Source: Mytilus edulis (taxonomy: Eukaryota). From it: a stretch of DNA of 64,000 nt. The position numbers were made by a program, and so were the translations under genes. The stretch lies in contig NC_092348.1 of NCBI RefSeq assembly GCF_963676685.1, forward strand, positions 65,596,001-65,660,000. Reading direction: 5' to 3'. Within the stretch, counting starts at the first letter, position 1; each line of letters starts with the position of its first letter. The notes beneath the pieces were generated by a model. The model did no database searches. It was not told the DNA's origin and was given only the letters and a program-made list of their open reading frames with translations. Of this stretch, positions 26,347-39,323 are shown one piece after another.

Positions 26347-28914
26347 ATGTCACCATTCAGCTTTGCCACCGTCATCGTTGCCTTTGTAGTCAGTTCTTAT
26401 GGACACGATTGTACAAAATACAGCCTGACACCATCAGACCAGTCTCTTATTGACATGATGAAGCATTACTTGCATACCTCACGAAAAGCGGAGTGTCCTG
26501 TAACACCTTCACAACTAAGTAAGTCTTTCAGCATTTAATTTGCCTTTGTGATTGTTCAATTTGATGCATCAGTAGTTAACTAAATAAATGTTTAAATCTG
26601 GTAAATTTGTTTCAAAAAGATACAAATCAAAATAACAAACAAACAAAGAGTCACAAAAATACCGAACTCAAATCCAAATTCTAAATCGATCAGTCCAAAC
26701 AAATTGACAAAATACATACCAGAGGAACAGATCGCAAAAACAATATATTATTAAATATTCTTTCTGATGACACTGCTGTGTACATGTGTGATTATAGTGA
26801 TTATATGATGAATTCTGCTTTCTTTAAATTTCTAGAAATATTTATTGGAAACACTTTTTAGCTATGAAAATTAGTATTTAAGTGATCATATCCACACTAA
26901 AAGGTTCTTTACAAATGGTGTTTGAATTAAATCATAATTCGCCGTTTCAGAATCTAATGCATTCTGGGTAATATTTCAAAAAGTACACCAAAACGTCGTG
27001 ATTGGTTAAAAAGGTCCAAAAACAATTGAAATTCAACCAATGACGTAACTTTATTTTCATTTTAGTACGAACAATGAGTTTATCTATAGTCCTTTAGATT
27101 CTGAAACGACCATTGTAAAAGATAGCCAAAGACACCAAAAGTTATGTTATGGATACGGACTAATCTTTTCCTGGAATTCATCTTCATTACGGTTTTTACT
27201 GTAAATTTACTATTTGCTGTGTCTATTTAAGATATTGGTGTGACTTATGTCAGATGGGGAAAGAAAACTTGTCCAAAAAATTCGGAAATTGTGTATACAG
27301 GAATGGTTTTTCACTATCTTCATTTGAACTAAATCAGAAAATGGTAAGTTCCTATAGATGGATGAGAGCGCCAAACATAAAAAGGCACTTTTACTTGCTA
27401 ACAATTTTTTTTTATAAATATGTTATGAATATATAATGCCATATGCACATTTAATATTTGTTAAATTTGTTAAAAATCATTGTTATGTTGTATCTTATTT
27501 TGTTGCATTTGAACTAAATCAGAAAATGGTAAGTTCCTATAGATGGATGAGAGCGCCAAACATAAAAAGACACTTTCACTTGCTAACTATTTTTTTTTAT
27601 AAATATGTTATGAATATATAACGCCATATGTACATTTAATATTTGTTAAATATCATTGTTATGTTGTATCTTATTTTGTTGCATTGAAAATTACAACAAA
27701 TGTCATAAACATAAATAATCTTTTTATCCTAGAATAGGCCTGGGGTTAAAGTCATAAAACTTTGCTCAGTCCTAGGAGCACAAAAATCGAGCTCGAAACA
27801 TGAAATTAAGCATTTTGATTGGTTGATTTTGGAGTATGAGTACAAAAAACTAACTCGAAAGTTTATGACTTCAAGGCCAGGTACTCGTTGAAAATAGTAT
27901 TTTTTTGTAGATTCAAAGGAAATTGAGGATATGACATTACTAGGGTCATGATAAGGTTGAAGTTATCGTAACGGATGCTTAAACATAACACGTTTGCTAA
28001 TGCTTGAGTAAAAATCTACAACATATATTCAAAGACGAACTTGCTGTCTCAACCACTGGTAATTTAATTCCTAAAATTAGTTTGTGATATCTTTTTCATC
28101 GTTGCATACAAATAAATAATATGAATAATAACGTTTTTATTAAGATAATTACCCTTAAAATTATTCAGGCCAGGCTGGTGGTAACTTTTACACTAACAAA
28201 GGAGGAGGTTCAAACTACCTCTGTTTACCGAGTGATCCTGAAAATGGTAAAGCATACTCCTATGGTAATGATGGATTATATGGTGCCGAGTATGAGATAC
28301 ATGCCGACACTAAACCATCAGGTTTACCTGCTAGTTTGGCCGAAAAAGAGGTCCCGTGTGCTGTATGCAGGCGGAATGGAAGAGTTTCTGTTTTAATGAT
28401 ACCAGGTAATTTCATTTTAGATATTTGCTTGTACTGTTATGTGAAAAGTTTAATAAATATGCTTTAAAATAGTTGGTCTAATATAAACCTACATTGTCAC
28501 ATCATATTGTTGATTGTAAGGTTTAATATGAAATAATCTTAAATCCAACTGCTTTAAATTATGCTTTATTCTTTATTATTGCAATCATTATTTCAAAGTA
28601 TAAAGTATAAATTAAATATGTTCTAATATAGAAATTGCATATTTTAAATCTATTTTTTTTAAATTTCTAATTTAGGAAGGAAGTCCTGTTACAAAGGATG
28701 GCAATCCGAGTACAGTGGTTTTTTGATGAGTGAACACAAAACTCACAACAATAAAGACTTTATCTGTATGGACGGAGACGCAAAACCACTAGACAATCGA
28801 GCATCCAGTGAAAATGGTGCTTTGGTTTATCCCATCAGAGCGAAATGTGGTAGTCTGAGATGTCCCCCATACAAAGATGATACTGAAGTGCTTTGTACCG
28901 TTTGTACAAAATAA
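26347..28914 (+). CDS. Secreted short-chain collagen C4 (NC1-like) domain protein lacking a collagen region, copy A, about 238 aa; exon 3 donor non-canonical
   Basis: Exons: 26347-26518 (signal peptide MSPFSFATVIVAFVVSSYG + HDC..ECP); 27232-27300 (YVRWGKKTCP..VYT); 28169-28405 (GQAGG..GGGSNYLCLP..YGAEYE..VPCAVC..VLMIP); 28676-28914 (SCYKGWQSEYSGFLMSE..FICMD..NGALVY..CGSLRCPPY..CTVCTK). All introns are phase 1. The donor at 27301 reads GA where copy B has GT. Confidence 0.85.
27322..27685. repeat. Tandem duplication of about 186 bp in the intron after exon 3 of copy A
   Basis: TTTGAACTAAATCAGAAAATGGTAAGTTCC.. at about 27323 and 27508. Confidence 0.9.
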
Positions 28915-29469
28915 AAATAAAATATAACGTTCAATATTTTTTTAACTTATTTCCTATGTAAAAGTTTATTTTACAGGGTAGTATACTGTACCTCAATTTA
29001 AAGTCAAACGTGAATAACTGGTTTCTTTATCATATGATATAAGTTTGTGTATGCTGGTTTGTTGATATTGAGGATAACAGGGTGTGCTGTTATTCTAGGT
29101 TTTTATGAGAGACAGGTTATAAATCAAGTTGTTTATTATTGTTTAGATTTTTCACTTGGGTTAGTTATGATGTAAAAATCTAGCGCCATTTTACAATAAT
29201 AGATTCAATATCTAATGTTTGTTATGTTTTAAGGGGTATCTGGGGTGATCGATTGGTCTTAAAAGTTTAATCACAAAAATACTGAACTCCGAGGAAAACT
29301 CAAAAAGGACAGACCCTAATCAAATGGCAAAATCAAAAGCATAAATAAAAAAAAACATCAATCGAATGGACAACAACTGTCATATTCCTGACTTGGTACA
29401 GGCATTTTCTTAAGTCGAAAATGGTGGATTGAACCTGGTGTTATAGCAATAAACCCAATGATACTTCAG

Positions 29470-29670
29470 TATCACTAGCCTTTCAACACTGAGGATGTAA
29501 GTTAAAATCCGGGAAATGTCAGATATGTTCAAATTTAATCTTTGTAAACTAGTATTGTCAGTTTTCTTATTGAGAATTGGTGGTTTTCTCCGGGCACTCC
29601 AGCTTCCTCCGCCAATAAAACTCAATGCCACCCACGACGAAATACAATAGTGCTAAAAATAGAGGTAAAT
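29470..29670 (+). mobile_element. Degenerate tRNA-derived SINE with a V-type core (relatives at about 22270-22420 and 53055-53310)
   Basis: GGTTTTCTCCGGGCACTCCAGCTTCCTCC core after a B-box-like segment. Confidence 0.55.
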
Positions 29671-31024
29671 ATCTATCAATTTACCAATCGCTATGTTTTA
29701 CGTTGTCTCTTCATCAGAATTCTTACTAATGACTTCAGCATGAAAATGAAACTTTACATATTATGTGAGTCCGAAGCACTTACGGGATTTACTTTCATTA
29801 GGAACACTCAAACGCAGGCTTTTGAAAGTGAAGAATCGGTCAGAAAAGGAATAGCCTAATTCAAAATTAGCAAGAAAGAGTTAAATTTCTGTATCTATAA
29901 ATTGAGAATTGAAGACGAAAAAACATGTTATAACATATAAAAACATGTTTCATTTTTTAAAATAAATAAGGCCGTTAGTTTTCTAGTTTAAATTGTTTTA
30001 CATTGTCATTTCGAGATATGTGGTATGGTCTTTGCTCATTGTTGAAGGCCGTACGGTGACCTATAGTTGTTAATTTCTGTGTCATTATGGACTCTTGTGT
30101 AGAGTTGTCTCATTGGCAATCATACCACATCTTCTTTTTTATATAAATCCTGTCAGTACTGAAGAACATACTACTGAGCTGATGGGTTATTAATTAAGGA
30201 ACTTGCATTCAACCAGACGTGGTATCGACCAAACACTAGTAATTGATGAACAAGATCACAATTGTTATATCTTAACGGGAAACAAATAAATGGTGTTCTG
30301 CTTTGTTTGCAATCTTCCTAGAAAATCTAGAAGTTATCATGATTCCCTTTTAAAATAGCACACGATAAGCACTCTGTCGTCCTTTGTCATTAAGTCCAAG
30401 TGTTCGAAACAACGGGTTTGATAACTAAAAGTATCTCTTGCTTGATATCAATAAAATAATTTACTTTAAAATAAAACCCCAGAAAAAACAAGACTATTGC
30501 CATTCAGGGCCATAGGTCAAGGTTTTTTGAAATATTTTGATTCGACAAACTGTTTCCTGATGGAAACTTGAATTTTCCCTTAATTGATTGGATTGGATAA
30601 TAACGGCGGAATATACAGGACGTGAAAGGAATCCTATTGATTTTGAAAGTCAAGAGGTCAAAGTTTAAGGTCCTTGTTACGTAATATAAAAATAATTGAA
30701 ATACCAACCGGGGAAAGAAAGAAGCATATTGGTTATGGGATCAACAAATGCAAAGGGTCAGGGTCACTGTAGCTTGAAATAAAACAAAAGTTGATTTTGG
30801 TGCTGTATCAAACTATTAGTTGTATCAATATATATAATCATTATGATGAAAAAAAGCAACAATAGTACACGGTCCCTTAAAGCATATACATGTATTTGAA
30901 ACCTTGAAATACAATTGTTTCACTGAATTTAAACCATTGCGGTGCCTATTCATTAACTGTAGATTTTTTTTTAGAATCAACGCTCCCTAATTAGTTATCA
31001 AAGGTACCAAGTTTATATTTTAGT

Positions 31025-31068
31025 ACGCCAGACGCGCATTTCGTCTCCACAAGACTCATCAATGACGC
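31025..31068 (-). ncRNA. Degenerate hammerhead ribozyme copy
   Basis: GCGTCA-TTGATGA-GTCTTGTGGAGAC-GAAA-TGCGCG-TC-TGGCGT; carries a C3U change in the core. Confidence 0.6.
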
Positions 31069-32104
31069 TCAGATCTGAAAATTTATAAAACCTAAATCCG
31101 TCTCTGAAATGGGCTCACCAGATTATATTCTATATTATACTATCGTTTCCTATGTGTACCTAATTAAGTTTGAATTGACTAATTTACTGATTTCTGTTCA
31201 CTAATGGAATTATTTTTAAAATTTACCTTCAATTTTTAAAATTCTGTATTCCTTCACTGGGTATCCAACCCGTCTATGAATTATATTACGTGTTACTGAC
31301 ATCAACATATCGACGAAACCTCTGGGCTACCAATTGGTTACAATTTAAATGTCTATTTCACATATATAAATTAGGGATGTAAAACTCGGTGAAGATTTAT
31401 TAATCAAGTATTCCACCTCGTATAACCCCGATACAAATGATTCGAGTCGAGCATCCCGTGAACAACTGAGGTTAAACAGAATAACAATTACACTTTTAAG
31501 CTAAGTCCTTTAATATTTCTCATGATATTTTGGGTCAGTATATTCTATGATATGTCACTTATATCGTATTTTTTTTATATAGTTTTCTAAAGACCAAAAT
31601 TAACAAAACGCACGACCTTGGCAATAGTAAAACTTTGTTTTCTATTTTTAATCGTTATAAATTCTAAGTTTCACGTACCTTTTATTGTTGCACACATACA
31701 TTTTGAAAATCGCATCGTTTAAAGTAAATAAAACACTTAAAGTTCTAGATATTTATGCTGTATAGAAAACAAAAAGTGCATCTGTTTATGATACCAGACT
31801 TGACATACTCGCCAGATTCATTTATTGATTGATTGTTTTTGCTACACGTCCAGTGGCATATATTTCATGCATGTGTAGGACGAGAACAAATTTGAAAGTG
31901 AAATAACAAAACACCACAAACTCCAACAAGAAAAAATCAAACCTAAAAGTTCCTTATCAAACGGCAAAATAAAATCTCAAACACAATAAACATGCCAAAC
32001 GAATATTAAACAAATGTCAATTTACTGACGTGATACAATAATTTCCTTCTGGAGAATATGGTTGATTTAACCTTAGTCGATAGATAACTTAACTTTTCAC
32101 TTTA

Positions 32105-33503
32105 AGTCCCAGTCCCACAAGACCACGATTGCACCACGCTCACCACGATCTGAAATAAATGAAAATGTAAATTTGAGTTGCTTTCACGATGCTACTACGT
32201 CCTCATTACGCTTCTACAACGATCCCGCTACGATTATACCACGTTCTCACCGCGCTTATACTACGACCTCACCACGCTTATCAAGATCTTTCTACGCTCA
32301 TCACGTTCTCACTACGACCGTACCACGAGTTATCCGATTGCAACACGATCTTACAACGCTTCTTCTGCGATTATAGCACGTTCTTACCACGATTATACCG
32401 CGATCTTACTACGCTCTCAGCAATAACGTCAACATCGTGTTCCATATGAATACAGTTCCATTCCTTCTATTTCTGATTAATACGTAGATTTCTCGAAAAC
32501 AATAGTCATGCCACTAAAATCTACTAGAACACGTGGGCGTAGGAGTTGATGTAGAGGCAGAGGGAGCTCTGATAATATCAAATCTTGATCAAGCAGAGAT
32601 GTCGGACCGACCAATCCGACCTAAATTAAAACCTATTGCTGGTCCATAAAGCTGAAATTTTTGTGAACGATAGCAGAGATGACACAGATGTGTCAATAGA
32701 TATAGGAAGATGTGGTATGAGTGCCAATTAGACAAATCTCCATCGCCAAGTAACTATTTTTAAAAGTAAACCATTATAGGGCAAGGAACGGCCTTCAACA
32801 CGGAGCCTTGGCTCACACCGAACAGCAAGCTATAAAGGGTCTGCAAAATTACTAGTGTAAAACCATTCAAACGGGAAAAACCAACGGTCTAATCTATATG
32901 AAAACGAGAAGCATGGTTGAGTCGTAAGAGAAAATGAACAAGAAGTCCAAATTACATACAGACAAACAAAACCTTGAGAGATTTAATATATTTAATGTGA
33001 AAATGACAATGAGAATGATGATCGTAGTATGAACGAAGTCAGGTCGTAAGAAGAGCGTAATGAGGACGACAAGGGCGTGCTAGAATCATACTATGGTCGT
33101 GAATAGCGTGGTATAGTCGTAGTGGAAGCGTAGTTGGGTCGCAGTGTGAACGCAATGGTCGTAGTGAGGTCGTAATAACGTCGCAATGGGATCGTAGCGC
33201 AGTTTCTCCGAATAAAATCACGCTTTCGTTACGCTCTCGCTACGATGGTACAGCGGCCTTGGCGATCTTACTACGATCTTAGTGCGCTCTCACTACGCTT
33301 CTTCTACGACCTGAGTTCGCCATGACTGCACCACAATTGTTTTGAACATGTTCAAAGTTAGCCACGCTCATCATGATCTTGTAGAATGATCACCACGACC
33401 GTGATACGACCTTACTGCGATCTACAAGATCGTACTACGATCATCAAAATTTGCATTTTTTTCACAGATCGTAGTGCGATCGTGGCCTAGTGGGACTGCG
33501 GTA
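32105..33503. mobile_element. Non-autonomous PIF/Harbinger-like element with many CTACGA/CCACGA subterminal motifs
   Basis: Imperfect TIRs (..CAGTCCCAC.AG.CCACGAT.GCAC.ACG) with TTA/TAA flanks. Absent from the paralogous site at about 54010. Carries another repeat at about 32700-32910. The superfamily call is inferred from the termini. Confidence 0.7.
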
Positions 33504-33563
33504 TAAACAGACAAATAAAATTCCAATTTAGTGACAACAATGTTAGTTTAGAATGATGACCAT

Positions 33564-34303
33564 ACCAATACTAATGCATATCAACACAAATAAATGCAGA
33601 CCAATACTAATGCATATCATCACAAATAAATGCAGATCAATACTAATGCATATCATCACAAATAAATGCAGATCAATACTAATGCATATCATCACAAATA
33701 AATGTAGATCAATACTAATGCATATCATCACAAATAAATGCAGACCAATAATAATGCATATCATCACATATAAATGCAGATCAATACTAATGCATATCAT
33801 CACAAATAAATGCAGATCAATACTAATGCATATCATCACAAATAAATGCAGATCAATGATAATGCATATCATCACAAATAAATGCAGATCAATACTAATG
33901 CATATCATCACATATAAATGCAGATCAATACTAATGCATATCATCACATATAAATGCAGACCAATACTAATGCATATCATCACATATAAATGCAGATCAA
34001 TACTAATGCATATCATCACAAATAAATGCAGATCAATACTAATGCATATCATCACAAATAAATGCAGACCAATACTAATGCATATCATCACAAATAAATG
34101 CAGATCAATACTAATGCATATCATCACATATAAATGCAGATCAATACTAATGCATATCATCACAAATAAATGCAGATCAATACTAATGCATATCATCACA
34201 AATAAATGCAGACCAATACTAATGCATATCATCACAAATAAATGCAGACCAATACTAATGCATATCATCACAAATAGATGCAGACCAATACTAATGCATA
34301 TCA
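33564..34303. repeat. 36-bp minisatellite, about 20.5 copies
   Basis: Unit CAATACTAATGCATATCATCACAAATAAATGCAGAT with few variants. It explains the 253- and 306-aa ORFs. Confidence 0.98.
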
Positions 34304-35329
34304 AAACAAGTACAAACTATTGTGCTGGTAATAGCCCCAGGGTGATAAACCTCCACCAACAATGGCATCGTCCAAGTGATGGAACATATACTCATTATAA
34401 ATACCAGACTTTACACATTGCACGTCAGACGAGCGTTTCGTCTACAAAAGACTTACCAGTGACGTTCGAATAAAAAACGTTTGAGTAAGTCGCATTCAGA
34501 GCACATAATTCTAAAAAGGTTTTGCCAAATACAGATAATTTCTACGGTAGAAAATCCTATTAAAGAACTAGCATTTCGAAAAAAATGTTTTTGTAAATTA
34601 GAATAATGACTATATTAATGGTCAATTATGTCAACACAGAAATGCTGGTTTCTTGGGGTGGTGAAATTTGAGTCCAAGGAATGTAAAGAAAGCGAATAAG
34701 TATTGCAAAATTTTCATTCATTCACAAACAGTCAGATGATTATTCTTACAAATTAAGATGTTGTTACTTGTTCTAGTGGATTAAAATAATCTATATAGCG
34801 TCATAAACGTCATTGCTGTAGCATACATTATTCATTATCAAATTAACCAAATTATCCCTTCCGTGATTTTTTCAGAAAATAATCGATGATTTTATTTTTA
34901 AAAGTAACACAATTTAACACAACATTTATTAGGATTTCATAAGCCCTCCAATCTAGACAAATATCTTATACTATAAATCAAACTTTCGCCTTAAATGAAG
35001 TATACGCCCTTTATATTTCATTATAATTTCTGATATGGCATTTGGGAGTAATGGAGCTTGTGAAAAAAAAGCGACAGGAGTACCATGCCCTCATGCCGCT
35101 GCCACAGCTCTTTATCACCAACATGCGTTATACGTTTATATGATCTAATTGAAAATAACTAGACGCTTTAATAGGAAATCCTTGGAAATATATCAATTTT
35201 AAGGGACATTTTAAACTAGAAAAACTAAGGATTTTCTTATCCCTGGCATAGATTACCTTAACCGTATTTGGCACAACGTTTTGGAATTTTGGATATAACT
35301 ATTAAAGGCTTGTTTGCAAGATATTAGCT

Positions 35330-35540
35330 TCAATAGTTAACAAAAGTACCAGGATTATAATTTAGTACGCCAGACGCGCGTTTCGTCTACATAAGACTCA
35401 TCAGTGAAGCTCATATCAAAATATTTATAAAGCCAAACAATTACAAAGTTGGAGAGCACTGAAGATCCAAAATTCCAAAACGTTGTGCCAAACACGGCTA
35501 AGGTAATCTATGCCTGGTATAAGAAAATCCTTAGTTTTTC
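35330..35540 (-). mobile_element. Hammerhead-bearing interspersed repeat (retrozyme-like), continued at 39327-39370 after the Academ-like insertion
   Basis: Same family as fragments at about 11140-11230, 17250-17450, 30990-31080, 34310-34665, 48360-48570, 54105-54450 and 61540-61750. Confidence 0.75.
35367..35410 (-). ncRNA. Type I hammerhead ribozyme motif in a retrozyme/Penelope-type repeat
   Basis: Minus strand reads GCTTCA-CTGATGA-GTCT(TATGT)AGAC-GAAA-C(GCGC)G-TC/TGGCGT. The core is complete, with stem II, a short palindromic stem III and a GUC cleavage site; stem I has one mismatch. Confidence 0.85.
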
Positions 35541-38500
35541 TAGTCCGGCGGCTACAAGCATATTACAGACGAATTGTTCACATCCTGCTACAAGCATGAA
35601 ATTTGGCATTCCTGAATTATTGCTCTTTTATTTCAGAAAGGGAGGCATTTGAAAAAAATTACTCACTTCCGGTAAAATCCAAAATAACTTAAATCAGCCC
35701 AATGTCAAAGGCTAGTTTTTGAAAATGTGTTATTATCATGCTTCTATCATAATATTTGGTACAAATCTTTGTTATGTACTACTTTTGAATATATTATATA
35801 GATTAGGAGTCTTCAAAAACCCTACTTCCGGTAAAATCTAACATTGTACTAAAATAAGCTTATTTTTAGGGAGGTTAATTAAAATGTGTTTAGACGTATT
35901 GCTACTATCATTACATTGTGCAGGAACCTTTCGTTGGTGCTTCTAATGGATACAATGTAAAATAAATATGTCTTAAAAACCCCTACTGCCGGTAATATCC
36001 AAAATTGCGGACATAGAAATATCAATTTATTATTTAGATATTCAACTTTTTTTCAAAATGTAAAAACAATGTGTTTTTTTTTTGTGCTGGTCATTAAACT
36101 TTTGGCTTTAAGTTATCCTCAAAACCCCTAATTCTATTCTGTTGTAAATGTTTAAATACAAAGTTGACACTTCCGGTAAAAAATATGGCGTAAATTTCAA
36201 AGATGAGTCATCGATCCATTTCTTCGATGTAGAATTTTGTATAGATTGATTAAAACAAAATAAAATCAGTATAATACTAAAACAATTTTAAAAGTACTAC
36301 TATTTGGCCAAAATTACATGTTTATTCAAAGTCACCACAACATGCACATAAAGCAGTGCACTGGAAACCCAATTTTCCACATTAACAACGACCGCGACAT
36401 CCTTTCTTACATACACAATGTACAAGCTTCTGTTGAGAAAATAACCTCAATTAGCCTTCCCTTTTTTGCAAATAGTTATTTTCTTGCTTCGTTAACCATG
36501 TTAGCCACATCTGATAAGTTTGTGCGATCTTACAGTAAAACCCCGGTGTTTAGGTTGATCAAACATCATTCTTTATGTTAAAGTCACATCTTCAAATGCA
36601 ATCAATGTCTCCCACGCAGTCTTTTTTTCTTTTCAAGGAAAGAGAGAACCGTATCACTACCGGTAAAGGCATTGATCACAATTAGTGTGCGAAACAGTAA
36701 TGACAGCATCATCAGTAACGACTGTTCGAATCATGACTCGTTTAAGTTCGTGATTCACTTCATCTGACACATGCACCATGATTCTAGTGTCAGCCTCTTA
36801 ATGTGAACATAGTGCTAAACTTAAAATACATCACGTGGTGGATAACACTGAACATCTTGAGCATTTGTTTCTACAACTACCATACTCATCAAAGATTTCA
36901 TCCTCTCGGGTTACAGTTTCAAGGTATTTTATTAAGGTAAGGACATACTACCCAATTAGCATACTCGTTAGACCACAAATACATCTTTATTCACAATCGG
37001 AGAGCTGATTTTCCACATTTACAAAGATTGGTTTTGTTTCTTACATCCATAATGTACAAACTCCTGATAAGATGAAGAGGCCTCACTAAGAGTTGTCCAA
37101 AAGGTTTCATTGATCATAGTTTTTCCTTCGCCATTTATAAGCGTCTGGACTAGTTAGCATAGGAACCAATTCCAAGCTTGTTACTCATTCGTACCCGCTA
37201 TGGTATATTGCACTCTTTACATGCTGAAAAAGACTAGACCGAGTCGTGGGAATAGTCTCAATAAGTCTTTCCTCTTTCAAAAACGCTGTTTTCTTGCTTT
37301 GTACTCATTCTAAATGCTTAAGTCACATCTTCAAACGCCATCCATGTCACCAACGCAACTCCTTTTGTAGCAAAAGTGTAATCTCTCAAAGCCTAGTGCA
37401 TTTGAAAGGTCATGTATAGATATATATCTAAGGTTTTTCCCACTTCCAAATGCAAACCAAAGTTCGTCTCCCCCTAGGTTACAGAATAGCGAAACAGCAA
37501 TGACATCAGTATCGACTGTTCGAGTCATGACTCAGTTAAGTCTGTGTTTCACTGCACCAGACACATTCATCTTGATTCAAGTGTAAGTCTCTTCATGTAA
37601 ACATGGTGCTAAACTTGAAACATCATCAAGTGGTGGATAGCACTGAACATCCTGCGCATTTGTTGCTACAACTACCTTTTCCTCGACATTTTATTGAACA
37701 AGCTGCTGTGAATGAAACTATAAAGTTCTTTTTTATTGTCGTCATCTCTCAAAAAAACTTTGCCTATTTTAAGGAATTTGTTTTGACCCTGGATTCGTCT
37801 GTGTATTCCCTTTCCCCAAAATGTAGCTCTTGCTTTTTGTAGCAGCCTTCAAACTACCAGTATTGTCTGTGTACGCATCCGAGACTACATCCACTATTGT
37901 TATAGTTTCAAGGTGTGTCCTAACGAGTATGCTGATTGGGTATTATGTCGTTACCTTAATAAAATACCTTGAAACTGTAACCCGAGAGGATGAAATCTTT
38001 GATGAGTATATCTATTTGTAGGGGTAGACGAAATGTTGATTGTGTTTGGGAGGGCAAAAATCTTTGAATTAATATCTATCGATGATCTTTCAAATGCAAT
38101 AGGCAATGAGTGATCACACATACGTATTGTGATCCATGCCTTTACCGGTTGTGATACAGTTCTCTTTTTGCTTGAAAAGAAAAAAGACTGCTTGTGACAC
38201 ATTGATGGTATTTGAAGATGTGACTTTAACATAAAGAAGGATGATAATCAACCTAAATCACCGGGGTTTTACTGTAAGATCGCACATAGTTAACAGATTG
38301 GGTTAAGATGGTTAACGAAGTAAGAAAACAACTATTTGCGCAAAAAGGAAGGTTAATTGAGGCTATTCCCTCAACTTGGTCTAGTCTTTTCCAGCATGTA
38401 AAACGTGCAATATACTAAGGCAGGTGCCTAGGAGTACGAACTTGGAATTGGTTCTTATGCTACCCAGTCCAGGCGCTAATGGATGTCGAAGGGACAAAGA

Positions 38501-39323
38501 GGATCTCTTTTTAAAAACTCTTTCCGATGCCTCATCATTTAGTCAGAAGCTTGTACATGTGGATGTAAGAAAGGATGATGCGATCGTTGTTAATGTGGAT
38601 TTCCCGTAGACTGCCTAATGTACATGAGGTGGTGATCGTGAAAAAAACATGAAGTTTTGGCCGAATAGTAGTTTTAAAAATGTTTTAGTACTTTAGTGAT
38701 TTTATTTTGTTTTCATCGATCTATTCAAAACTCTACATCAAAAATTTAATGACCAGCACAAAAAACAACATTTTCTTTACATTTGAAAAAAAGTTGAATA
38801 TATAAATAAGAAATAGATACTTCTATGTCCGACGTTTTGGATATTACCGGAAGTAAGGGTTTCAAAGAAAGATGTCTTATACATTGTATCCATGAGAAGC
38901 ATCAAAGAAAAGTTCCTGCACAATGTAATGATAGTAGCAATACGCATTTCAAACATATTTCAATTACCCTCCCTAAAAAAAATAAACTAATTTTAGTACA
39001 ATGTTCGCCATATTAGATTTTACCGGAAGTAGGGTTTTTTAAAAAGACATCTAACCTATATTATATATTCAAAAGTAGTGACAAAACAAAGGTTTGTACC
39101 AAATGTTATGATAGTATCATGATTATAACACCTTTTCAAATACTAGCCTACGATATTGGGCTGATTTAAGTATGAAGTCCACCCTTTTGGATTTTACCGG
39201 AAGTGCGACATTTTTTCAAATGCCTCCCTATCTGAAATAATAGAGTAATAGTTAAGGAAGGTCTATGCCAAATTTCATGCTTGTTGCAGGATATGCACAG
39301 TTTTTCACAAAGCCGCTGTACTA
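35541..39323. mobile_element. Degenerate Academ-like DNA transposon with about 1.4-kb inverted arms
   Basis: TAGT..ACTA termini and a 3-bp TSD TTC (35538-35540 and 39324-39326). Arms 35541-~36975 and ~37915-39323 are reverse complements. Disrupted XPG-like motifs (H*EADTR, RTVDTDV..LWFAFGSGKNLRYISIH, IHAFTGCDTV at 38132) and a Cys-rich tail (CGCKKG*CDRC*C, about 38555), as in Academ proteins. Confidence 0.85.

Noticed and set aside
32173-32449. Three overlapping ORFs in all forward frames
   Set aside because: Low-complexity subterminal motifs of a transposon deplete stop codons.
34422-34465. Active hammerhead ribozyme (also 11145-11188, about 48378-48430 and 54212-54257)
   Set aside because: Core mutated (CTGGTAA, CTTGAAG, GAAG etc.); relics only.
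33543-34473. 253-aa and 306-aa repeat ORFs
   Set aside because: By-products of a 36-bp minisatellite that is stop-free on both strands; the paralogous site has a single unit.
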